The notes under the pieces were generated by a model that had not been told where the DNA came from, did not search any database, and saw nothing but the letters and a program-made list of their open reading frames with translations. Of a DNA stretch of 64,000 nt, positions 50,141 through 59,098 are shown piece after piece. Origin of the DNA: Candidatus Omnitrophota bacterium. GTDB taxonomy: Bacteria; Omnitrophota; Gorgyraeia; Zapsychrales; Fredricksoniimonadaceae. Positions within the stretch are counted from its first letter, which is position 1, and each line of letters starts with the position of its first letter. The stretch spans positions 139,364 to 203,363 of the forward strand of contig CAIOPG010000017.1 in the NCBI GenBank assembly GCA_903860135.1, read 5' to 3'. Position numbers and translations under genes: made by a program.

Positions 50141-51513
50141 ACCACCTTTCCTGGGTCAACTGCGTTTATATCATCAGCTGTATCCTGTTCGCGTTCGGTT
50201 TAAAACTCCTCGGCTCTCCTGAAACCGCGCGCCGCGGCAACTGGATGTCGGCCCTGGGCATGCTGCTCGCCGTGATCGCGACACTCACCGCGCGCGAGAT
50301 CATTTCTTTCCAGTGGATATTGATCGGCGGGGTGATCGGCGCTTCGTTGGGAACGCTCGTGGCCTTGCGCGCCAGCATGACCCAAATGCCTGAAATGGTG
50401 GCCCTCCTGCACGGCTTTGGCGCGCTCGCCAGTGTATTTGTCGACTGGAGCGCGTATCACAACCATACGCCGGACAATGCGGTGGTCATCACGGCGATCT
50501 ACCTGTCGATCCTCATCGGCGGGGTGACTTTTACCGGCAGTCTGGTTGCCTGGGGCAAACTCAGCGAACGCTTGCCCGGAAAGCCGCTCCTTTTTCCCGG
50601 CCAGCAGATGATCAGCATCCTTACAGCCGCGGCCATTGCACTTCTGGCGATCCCTTTTTTCCTGACTCCTGCGGCTTACCCGGTATTCCTGTGGATCCTG
50701 GGGTTGTCACTCATCCTGGGTGTTCTCTTGGTGATTCCCATCGGCGGGGCGGATATGCCGGTGGTGATCTCGGTCCTTAACAGCTATTCCGGGCTTGTGG
50801 CCTGCACCACGGGCTTTGTCATCAACAATGTCCTGTTGATCGTCGTTGGCGCACTCGTCGGGGCCAACGGGATCATCCTCAGTTACATCATGTGCAAGGC
50901 CATGAACCGCTCGCTCAACAATGTGCTTTTCGGCGCCTTTGCCCCGCGTGTCAAGAAAGCCGCCGGCACGGCCAAGGGCGAGGTCAAACCCATCAGTCCC
51001 CAGGATGCTTTCCTTATCCTTGAATCCGCGCGTTCGGTCGTTATTGCCCCTGGTTATGGCATGGCGGTTGCCCAGGCGCAACACGCCGTGCGTGAACTCG
51101 GAGAGCTCCTGGAAAAGAATGGTGCTGATGTGAAATACGCCATTCATCCGGTCGCCGGGCGCATGCCCGGCCACATGAACGTCCTTTTGGCCGAGGCCAA
51201 TGTCCCTTATGATCAGCTCGTTGAAATGGAACACATCAATCCGCTGATGGACAATGTTGATGTCGCCATCGTGATCGGCGCCAATGACACCGTCAACCCG
51301 GCGGCCATCCACGACAAGACATCCCCCATCTACGGCATGCCCATCATTGAAACGTTCCGGGCCAAGACCGTCTTTGTGATCAAACGCTCGATGGCCTCAG
51401 GCTTTGCGGGCATCGAGAATGAATTATTCCTCTATGACAACACCCGCATGATCTTTGGCGACGCCAAAGATGTGGCGCAGAAACTTGTGGCGGAGTTCAA
51501 GGCGGGGAACTGA
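50137..51513 (+). CDS. pntB: NAD(P) transhydrogenase beta subunit
   Basis: IGGADMPVVIS, GYGMAVAQAQ, HPVAGRMPGHMNVLLAEA. Confidence 0.96.
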   Translation: MNHLSWVNCVYIISCILFAFGLKLLGSPETARRGNWMSALGMLLAVIATLTAREIISFQWILIGGVIGASLGTLVALRASMTQMPEMVALLHGFGALASVFVDWSAYHNHTPDNAVVITAIYLSILIGGVTFTGSLVAWGKLSERLPGKPLLFPGQQMISILTAAAIALLAIPFFLTPAAYPVFLWILGLSLILGVLLVIPIGGADMPVVISVLNSYSGLVACTTGFVINNVLLIVVGALVGANGIILSYIMCKAMNRSLNNVLFGAFAPRVKKAAGTAKGEVKPISPQDAFLILESARSVVIAPGYGMAVAQAQHAVRELGELLEKNGADVKYAIHPVAGRMPGHMNVLLAEANVPYDQLVEMEHINPLMDNVDVAIVIGANDTVNPAAIHDKTSPIYGMPIIETFRAKTVFVIKRSMASGFAGIENELFLYDNTRMIFGDAKDVAQKLVAEFKAGN

Positions 51514-54500
51514 CCGGCAGGGCCGCAGCAACTCCATTTTGCCCGATCAGCGCGGCAAGATTGGTCACCGGCTGCATATCCATGATCACAGGATCCAGGC
51601 CGGGAATAGACCCGTCAGGCAGCGGACCGCGATAGGCCGGAAATCGGATACGGACATCATCCCCGCCGGTGCGCAACGCGGTATTACGCGGATTAAGGTC
51701 AATACCGCCTTTATCAGGTGACTGTAGCGAACTTTCATTCGAAACCGACCGGGCAGAATAATCCTTTTCTGTCCCCTGGATCAAACCAAGTTCACGTCCC
51801 AGTTCAATGATATGCTCCGCCATATAGATCTTCCGAAGATAATGCCGCTGTGTCGCTGAATGTTCCGGAGAAATCCACACGCTTAGATCATCATAGCCAT
51901 CTTCATCCATCCCAACAAAACCCTGACTCACATAATGCTTACCTAAGGCATAAGCCATATGTGTTATGCCGCCTTCAACCGTTCCAACAATATCGGCCGC
52001 TTCCATTAAATAAAGTATGCCTCGTTCATGCGGCTGTGGCACAGGCGATACCATGACAAAACTCAAGTATTGCTCAGGAATAAAATGTAAGATAGATTTT
52101 TCATCTTCAGAACGGTTAAATCCCAACCACCCTATACGATTCATATTAGGCATAAGAATGACAAAGAATCCCGAATCAATCAACTGTTGAACTTGCTTAG
52201 CACCGTAACGATACCCGTATTCCGACAAACCTTTTGTTTCTAACTCTCCACCAAACAGATTCAAAAATACAACTGGTCTTCGTTCGATATTCTTATCGGT
52301 CAATGTGGCCAAGAGGCTTCTTTTGTAATGAGCCTCAGAACCTGAAACTGTCGTCATATAATGACCATCTACCACCCGGTTGTTACCGGCCCCGTATGAA
52401 ATACCAAGCCGATCCAAAAGATCAAACGCAGGCGCATATTGATTACCACTATTAATTGGGTCCAACACATCATTCCTCACATGGATAACATCGTACTCTT
52501 TGTGTCCATAGGCGTAGGGAGAATGGATATAAATAGCGGGGGGTTGTCTCTTGAGAACATCCTGGAACGCCTGTTCCGCCTTCTGTGAAAGAATTTTTCC
52601 ATCAGCATCATAACGGTGAATAATCATGTCAGATTTCTCAGCGTCAAACAAAGGAGGAAATGTTAGCTGTATTCGCGGATGATTATATATCTCCGTCCGC
52701 TTCGTATAAATGTATATCTCGAGTTCCGGGTTATATTCCAACAGCGCTTGAACGAGTGATCCATTGCGTATGATCTCATCTCCTATACCTTCATCCAAAT
52801 TATGGACAAACAGTACCTTTTTCTTGCCGATCTTAAGAATTGCCTCAACTTTCTTATGAACATCCACCTTCTCTTTTTCACCGACATCCGGTTCTTTGGC
52901 ATCAATCAAAGGGATAAGTTTTTCAAGGTTTTGTCGAAAATCATCTAAAGATATATCCTTATATATGTTATTTCTGATCAGCAAATCCCAAAACCTGTCA
53001 ACCCGTCCATGAACACGTGAACTCATCTCAGCAAAGATCTTCAACTGCTCAAGCGATAGTGACGCCCCATGAAACCCAATCAATCCTCCTAACTGATAAT
53101 AGATAAAGCTATGCGGCGAATGATCCAAATTAAGCAGGATCGTCTTGATTACAGGCCAATATTCAAAGAAACTATCGCCGTAATGCTCCTTTAACCGATT
53201 AAAACCACTGTTCATTAAAAACCCCATTTTGGTCGCATTCGACTCCTTAAAAAGAAGCTTAAAAATGTCTCCTATCTCATCAATAAACATGTCACCAAAA
53301 TCTTTCTTAACTTCAAGTAAGAGCTTATAATATCTGCCAGGACTCTTGCTCGCCGACAGAATCCCAAATTCTTTCAAATCATCCCAATATCGCGGCAATT
53401 GATCACCAAACACATCAACGGCAATCTCCCATATTCCCCAAAAGTCGCGACCCGGATCACTTTCGGCCGCCATGGCCCAATACATAGCTTCCAATTCATC
53501 CAAGATGCGGCGCACGTCTTCACGGGAATGAATTAAATACGGTTTTAATGTTTTTAATGAAGCTAATGCCCACCCAGCACCATTATTACGTTCGCGGGCG
53601 AACCCTATCGAGCTTTGAATCAGCTTGAGCCCCAATTCAGGGAAATACTCAAGGTATTCCTCATGGGAATAACCATCAAACGGCATCCCGCCATTGGTCG
53701 TAAAGAATGGCTCTCCCCATTGGAGTACGGTAGCAACAGTATCAACCACCTCATAACCGTAACGATTTAAAATATCTTCTATCAACTGTTTTTTATCATC
53801 CGGTAGTTCTTTATATAACGCTTGGGCATAAAATTCATTCTTAAAAGCGGTCTCAGTTCTGTTATTAACACCCCGTTTAGCCCGTAACGCCAATATTATT
53901 TCCTCTGCCGTCATAGATACCGGAACGCCTCCCAAGCCATCGATAAAGCGGTACTTTTTCATGGCAGAATCATTTTTCTTCTTTCCATCTTTCCTGAGCG
54001 ATCCTGACTTCTTACCCGCGATAACGGATGCCTGAACCGCAATCTTGGTAGCTCTTGCCGCCTTCGCCGCGACATCCCCCGGCGTTTGTGATTCATCGAT
54101 CCGCCCATACTTCTCCACCACACCACCGGAAAAATATTTGCGCGGGATCACGGTTTGGGAGACATCATCGTAATCTTCTTTGATAAAGTTATAAACGCCC
54201 CGTTTAAACGCCTCCAGGTACTGTTGATAAATCTTCTGGTTGATCTGCTTATCCTGGGTATCAACTCCTGCGGTCCTGTTGTGATCGATGTAAATATCCT
54301 GCAGGACACTACCAGCCACATGGCGCTTGTACCAGGTGGCGAGGATCACGGCGTTGGATATCTGGCGCAGACGCGCAAACGACTTGCCGGTATTGACCTC
54401 CCGCTCGATCTCGGGAATGATAACCTCACGGATAATTTCTTTGGCGATATCGCTCAGCGGCGTCAGATCCTCCGCGCGTGTCTCCCCCAGCCCGTGCCGG

Positions 54501-55213
54501 GTGTGGCCCTGATTGGCCGCCAACGCCAGATAATCATTTTCCAGCATCACCTTATGGTGACTCCCGGTCACAAAGACCGATGTCCCGCTGACATAGACCG
54601 ACGCCCTGTCCGGGATGATCCAGACCTTGTGAAAAGTATCCATCGGGATCTCGTTGGTCCCGTAACGCTGCCGCGTTTTATCCCTCACCCGTTTCCAGAA
54701 CGCACGCCCCAAATCTTTCTCGGGATACATCAGGCTGGCTGTCAATTGCTTGAGAAGATAATCCTGCGCCAAAAGGTCCCGCCCTATTTCGGTTGCGCCA
54801 AACCCCGGCGGAATGATGCGGTCTTTTTCGTAAGGGCTGAGATTAACCCACATCTCATCTTCGGGCACCGTCATGGCCGCAAAGAAATATTTGATCAGGT
54901 GGTTGGATTCATCCCGAAGACTTTCTTCTTTGAGATTATCATCCCCTGGATGCACCATGAAATCAAACCGGAACGGATCTTCAGGATACACGGTCATCCC
55001 GATCATCAGGGCAGGATCATAGGCAGGGGTTAAACCAACCATCGCGCCAGGCGGCGGTAAGCCAAGGAGCGTTCCACCCGCCGGCCCAACCTGTTGCGCC
55101 TGCGCCTGGGATAAACCCAATGGAAGAACCGACTGACCGACAAAGGCGATCAAAACCGCCAAAAGCAGTGTTTTCTTAAGGAAGAAATATTTTTTAAAAT
55201 GAAAATGATGCAT
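51497..55213 (-). CDS. Chassis-cargo family paralog 3: signal peptide + conserved N-domain + unknown helical region + GT9-like glycosyltransferase cargo + GGIDLN tail
   Basis: Same N-domain motifs; GT9-like EGIGDEII..LVQAL and ADIVGTVEGGITHMAYALGK. Confidence 0.8.
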   Translation of the reverse strand: MHHFHFKKYFFLKKTLLLAVLIAFVGQSVLPLGLSQAQAQQVGPAGGTLLGLPPPGAMVGLTPAYDPALMIGMTVYPEDPFRFDFMVHPGDDNLKEESLRDESNHLIKYFFAAMTVPEDEMWVNLSPYEKDRIIPPGFGATEIGRDLLAQDYLLKQLTASLMYPEKDLGRAFWKRVRDKTRQRYGTNEIPMDTFHKVWIIPDRASVYVSGTSVFVTGSHHKVMLENDYLALAANQGHTRHGLGETRAEDLTPLSDIAKEIIREVIIPEIEREVNTGKSFARLRQISNAVILATWYKRHVAGSVLQDIYIDHNRTAGVDTQDKQINQKIYQQYLEAFKRGVYNFIKEDYDDVSQTVIPRKYFSGGVVEKYGRIDESQTPGDVAAKAARATKIAVQASVIAGKKSGSLRKDGKKKNDSAMKKYRFIDGLGGVPVSMTAEEIILALRAKRGVNNRTETAFKNEFYAQALYKELPDDKKQLIEDILNRYGYEVVDTVATVLQWGEPFFTTNGGMPFDGYSHEEYLEYFPELGLKLIQSSIGFARERNNGAGWALASLKTLKPYLIHSREDVRRILDELEAMYWAMAAESDPGRDFWGIWEIAVDVFGDQLPRYWDDLKEFGILSASKSPGRYYKLLLEVKKDFGDMFIDEIGDIFKLLFKESNATKMGFLMNSGFNRLKEHYGDSFFEYWPVIKTILLNLDHSPHSFIYYQLGGLIGFHGASLSLEQLKIFAEMSSRVHGRVDRFWDLLIRNNIYKDISLDDFRQNLEKLIPLIDAKEPDVGEKEKVDVHKKVEAILKIGKKKVLFVHNLDEGIGDEIIRNGSLVQALLEYNPELEIYIYTKRTEIYNHPRIQLTFPPLFDAEKSDMIIHRYDADGKILSQKAEQAFQDVLKRQPPAIYIHSPYAYGHKEYDVIHVRNDVLDPINSGNQYAPAFDLLDRLGISYGAGNNRVVDGHYMTTVSGSEAHYKRSLLATLTDKNIERRPVVFLNLFGGELETKGLSEYGYRYGAKQVQQLIDSGFFVILMPNMNRIGWLGFNRSEDEKSILHFIPEQYLSFVMVSPVPQPHERGILYLMEAADIVGTVEGGITHMAYALGKHYVSQGFVGMDEDGYDDLSVWISPEHSATQRHYLRKIYMAEHIIELGRELGLIQGTEKDYSARSVSNESSLQSPDKGGIDLNPRNTALRTGGDDVRIRFPAYRGPLPDGSIPGLDPVIMDMQPVTNLAALIGQNGVAAALPVSSPP

Positions 55214-55215
55214 CG

Positions 55216-57306
55216 CTAACCGCCTCGTGCCGTAACAGGTGCGATGCCCAGAAAGTTGGGCAGATCATTCATGGGCTGAATGTCGATGATAACCGGCGCC
55301 ACCCCGGCTGAGCCCCGATATTTCTCCAGCATCGCCGGGTCAAAATGAAAGAATGTCCCTGCATCAGAAGCATCCACCTGCATGACCTGAGCGACAGGGT
55401 TCAAATCAATACCGCCTGAATCATTTGACGACTTGTCCGCCATCTTCCGATTAATCTTATCCAGTTCACCTGGGACCTTGTTCTTTAAATCTTCAGGTCC
55501 ATCAACCAATACTGTCTGCATACCAACCTTCTGGGCAGGTACTGTATCTTTTTGACTTGCTCCGATCGACACAAAAGCTTCAGCTGGGAAAGGAACTTTC
55601 GCTTGAATCTTCCGATAAAAATCAAGGGCAGGCTTCCCAACCCCCATATTCTCCTGGGTAAATATAAAATCAAAAATCTCCTCAAGCCCAAGCGCCTTTA
55701 AGACACGCGCCACATGAGCGTCGCTGGCATTAGACCCAAGCACAAGATAATACGACTGTTTCAATCCTTTCAATAAAGCAATCATGTCTTGTTCCGGTTT
55801 CAACAAACCTTCCACGTCAATCTCATCCACCTTGGCGTTAAACGCAGAACTGTTCAGGTTGAATGCCCGGACAACCCCGCTTAAAGATTGATTATTATTC
55901 TCATCAAAATAGGCGTTCTTCACTTCTTTTGCTGAATATTCAGCGGCCTTGGAAAGCTTGAGCAAAATCCGATATTTCCGACCCCACACCTTGCTTGAAT
56001 GATAAAGAGTATCCCCCAGATCAAAGATCAGCACTTTTACAGGCATCTTGCTGCGAGGTTCCAGGCTTGAATTGTCTTTAATAGAAGATGGTTTTTTCTC
56101 TTTAGGAATATTATTTACCCTGACACTCATCAAGACTTGCTTGCGCACAGGAAGCCCTGCCGCATCAAACGCATTGACCATACTCATATCACCAGGATAA
56201 ATATTAACACCCCCCGCAAAATACTTCCGGGGGATCGTTGCCTCGGTGGCGGGGTCGTATTCTTCGCGGATAAGGTTATACGCGCCTTTCTTGAATGACG
56301 CGACGTAGCGTGACCATATCTTTGCGGACTCTTTCGGGTCATCGATATTGACACCGGCGACTTTATTCTGGCCGACGTAGAAGCCGAGCGGGGATTGGTG
56401 GATCGCGCCCATGACTTTCTTTTTGTACCAGGCGGCCAGGATCAGGGAGTTGTAGACCTGCCGGAGCTGGGCGAAGTTTTGGCCTTCGTTGACTTCTTTT
56501 TCAAGGACAGGGAGGATGATGGTGCGGATGAGGGCTTGGGCAAGGTCTTCCCCCCGTCCATCCCCTTCCCACGAGGGGGAGGGTGACGTTGGAGACGCTG
56601 TATTATTCTTCGCGGCCAGATAATCGGATTCGAGCATGACCTTCAGGCGGGATTCGACCACGTAGGCGACGGCTTCTTCGGGGCGATGGTTGCCGGCAGG
56701 CTTGGGTTTTTCGTAAACCTTAGCCACAGCTGGAACGATCCAGACTTTATTGAACGTATCAATGGGGATATCGGTTGTCCCGAACTTCGCCTGGGCCTGT
56801 TTGTAGATCTCATCCCAGAACTTCTTGCCCAGGCTATCCTCAGGGTACATCAAACTGGCGGTGATCTGTTTCAACAGATAATCCTGCGCCAGAAGGTCGC
56901 GCCCCATTTCGGTCTGGCCAAAAGCTTCGGGCACAATGCGGTCTTTTTCATACGGGCTGAGATTCACCCAGAGGTCCTTTTCAGGCACCGTGAGCGCGGC
57001 GAGGAAATATTTTATCAGGCGAAGGGCATCATCCCCCGTCCCTTCCCCTTTATCCAGAATAAAATCAAACCGAAAAGGATCCCCCGCATAAACCTTGACG
57101 CCGGTAAGGGTGGTCGGATGAAAAACAGGGCTCAACCCCACCCTGGCTCCCGGCACCGGCAATCCCAACACCTCTTGTGCCGACACCTGCCCCAACGGAA
57201 ATGCCATGACATTCAACAAAAATGCCACCAGCATGACCCAGGGAACAATCCGCTGTCTCAGTGTTTTATTACGCTTTAAAGCCACATGATCTTCCCGATG
57301 GTTCAA
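55216..57306 (-). CDS. Chassis-cargo family paralog 4: signal peptide + conserved N-domain + HAD-family hydrolase cargo + GGIDLN tail
   Basis: Same N-domain motifs; HAD VLIFDLGDTLY, GSNA, GKP, SIGASQKD..PA..VGMQTVLV. Confidence 0.85.
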   Translation of the reverse strand: MNHREDHVALKRNKTLRQRIVPWVMLVAFLLNVMAFPLGQVSAQEVLGLPVPGARVGLSPVFHPTTLTGVKVYAGDPFRFDFILDKGEGTGDDALRLIKYFLAALTVPEKDLWVNLSPYEKDRIVPEAFGQTEMGRDLLAQDYLLKQITASLMYPEDSLGKKFWDEIYKQAQAKFGTTDIPIDTFNKVWIVPAVAKVYEKPKPAGNHRPEEAVAYVVESRLKVMLESDYLAAKNNTASPTSPSPSWEGDGRGEDLAQALIRTIILPVLEKEVNEGQNFAQLRQVYNSLILAAWYKKKVMGAIHQSPLGFYVGQNKVAGVNIDDPKESAKIWSRYVASFKKGAYNLIREEYDPATEATIPRKYFAGGVNIYPGDMSMVNAFDAAGLPVRKQVLMSVRVNNIPKEKKPSSIKDNSSLEPRSKMPVKVLIFDLGDTLYHSSKVWGRKYRILLKLSKAAEYSAKEVKNAYFDENNNQSLSGVVRAFNLNSSAFNAKVDEIDVEGLLKPEQDMIALLKGLKQSYYLVLGSNASDAHVARVLKALGLEEIFDFIFTQENMGVGKPALDFYRKIQAKVPFPAEAFVSIGASQKDTVPAQKVGMQTVLVDGPEDLKNKVPGELDKINRKMADKSSNDSGGIDLNPVAQVMQVDASDAGTFFHFDPAMLEKYRGSAGVAPVIIDIQPMNDLPNFLGIAPVTARGG
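56550..56586. repeat. Degenerate palindromic repeat element, in frame within paralog 4
   Basis: ccccccgtccatccccttcccacgagggggagggtga, encoding SPSPSWEGDGRG. Confidence 0.45.
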
Positions 57307-57385
57307 CGAATCACAACGATGAAGAAAGTATATACTATATTTTTACATGAGGCAAAAAATGAGGCGGGAAAGTTTTGATGGAACG

Positions 57386-57838
57386 TTATTCGGTCGAAAC
57401 CGTCTTGCTTTGGTCGAGGGCACCTTTCATGGTGTGCCAGGCAAGGATGGCGCATTTGACGCGGCTGGGGTATTTCCAGATGCCTGAAAATACCGTAAGT
57501 TTCCCCAGATGATGTCCGGGAACGGCCGGATCAAGTTCGCGGGTGACAAGTTTCCTGAATTCTTCAAAAAGACTGGCGGCTTCCTCAACGGTCTTGCCTT
57601 TGAGCGCGGCGGTCATCATCGAACCGGATGCCTTGGAAATCGCGCAGCCGTCTCCATAGAACGCAGCTTCCTGCACAATGCCCTGATCAACTCTCAAGTA
57701 CACATTCAAATGATCGCCGCACAAGGGGTTATAGCCTTCGGCTTCATGGGTGCACGGTGACAATTTAAGGAAATTGCGCGGGCGTTTGTTGTGTTCCAGG
57801 ATAACCTGCTGGTACAACTCATCGTCATGGGCTGTCAT
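57386..57838 (-). CDS. sufU: SufU (NifU/IscU-family) sulfur acceptor
   Basis: LYQQVILEH..PRN, NPLCGD, GCAISKAS, RVKCA.LAW. Confidence 0.93.
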   Translation of the reverse strand: MTAHDDELYQQVILEHNKRPRNFLKLSPCTHEAEGYNPLCGDHLNVYLRVDQGIVQEAAFYGDGCAISKASGSMMTAALKGKTVEEAASLFEEFRKLVTRELDPAVPGHHLGKLTVFSGIWKYPSRVKCAILAWHTMKGALDQSKTVSTE

Positions 57839-59055
57839 TGAAAAACCTCGATGATCTTGTGGAGCGCCCGGGCAAAGACATCAAGCTCTTCGCGTGTGTT
57901 ATAAAAAGCCAGCGATGCGCGCGCGGTCGCGGGCACCCCGAAACGTTTCATGATCGGCTGGGTGCAATGATGCCCGGTGCGGATCGCCACCCCTTCACGG
58001 TCAATGAGCGTCCCGATATCATGGGCGTGAATATCTTTCATCACAAAAGAAAATATGGGTGCCTTTTCCCTGGCCGTGCCGATCAGCCTTAACCCCGGGA
58101 CACCGACCAAAAGCTTGTTGCCATAGGCAAGCAATTCCTTCTTATACGCGCGCACCTCGTCCCAGCCGAGCGCCTTGACATAGGCAATAGCTTCACCCAA
58201 AGCAATCACGCCGGCGATATTGGGCGTGCCTGCCTCAAATTTATGCGGTAAACGGTTATAGATCGTCTTTTCAAAAGTGACGCTCAGGATCATGTCGCCG
58301 CCGCCCTGGTATGGCGGCATGGCTTCGAGCAGTTTCTCCTTGCCGTAGAGGACCCCCACCCCCGTCGGACCGTAAAGCTTGTGCCCCGAAAAAACCAGAA
58401 AATCGCAATCCCAGGCCTGCACATCAATGGGTTCATGGGAAACACCCTGGGCCGCATCGACCAGGACCAAAGCCCCGGCCGCGTGCGCGGCGGCTATAAT
58501 GTCGCTGACAGGATTGACCGTGCCGAGAGAATTCGACACATGGACAATAGAAACAAGCCTGGTCATCGGCGAAAGAAGCTTGCGGTAAGCCTCCATATTC
58601 AGCTCGCCTTGGTCATTGACCGGAATGACCTTGAGGATGCACCCCGTGGCCTCGCGGAGCATCTGCCAGGGGACAATATTGGCATGGTGCTCCATCTCGG
58701 AAAGGATCACCTCATCCCCGGCCTTGATGAACGTACGCCCATAACTGAACGCCACCAAATTGATAGCTTCGGTCGCGCCTTTGGTGAAAATGATCTCAAA
58801 ATTATTCCTGGCGTTGAGGAATGCCCGGACTTTCTCACGGCTGGACTCATACTGCGCGGTCGCTTCCTCGCTCAAATAATGGACGCCCCGATGAATATTG
58901 GCCGTGCGATGGCAGTAATGGGCATGCGTCGAAGCAATGACCTGGCACGGCTTGAACGTCGTGGCCGCATTGTCAAAATAAATGATCGGCTTTGCATCAC
59001 GGCCGCGGGTGGAAAGATTGGGGAAATCCTGGCGTATCTTCTGAATATCAAACAC
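57835..59055 (-). CDS. sufS: Cysteine desulfurase SufS
   Basis: YFDNAATT, EHHANIVPW, SGHK, RTGHHC; GTG start with GGAGG RBS. Confidence 0.95.
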   Translation of the reverse strand: MFDIQKIRQDFPNLSTRGRDAKPIIYFDNAATTFKPCQVIASTHAHYCHRTANIHRGVHYLSEEATAQYESSREKVRAFLNARNNFEIIFTKGATEAINLVAFSYGRTFIKAGDEVILSEMEHHANIVPWQMLREATGCILKVIPVNDQGELNMEAYRKLLSPMTRLVSIVHVSNSLGTVNPVSDIIAAAHAAGALVLVDAAQGVSHEPIDVQAWDCDFLVFSGHKLYGPTGVGVLYGKEKLLEAMPPYQGGGDMILSVTFEKTIYNRLPHKFEAGTPNIAGVIALGEAIAYVKALGWDEVRAYKKELLAYGNKLLVGVPGLRLIGTAREKAPIFSFVMKDIHAHDIGTLIDREGVAIRTGHHCTQPIMKRFGVPATARASLAFYNTREELDVFARALHKIIEVFQ

Positions 59056-59098
59056 GTGCCTATCCTCCCGGACAACGCTTGTCCGCCTTGATCTATCT

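Noticed and set aside
17019-57306. Classical polymorphic toxin/immunity, autotransporter or intein interpretation of the four paralogs
   Set aside because: No small immunity ORFs follow them, there is no C-terminal beta-barrel, no Hint-domain C/S...HN motifs are visible, and the cargo is internal and metabolic.
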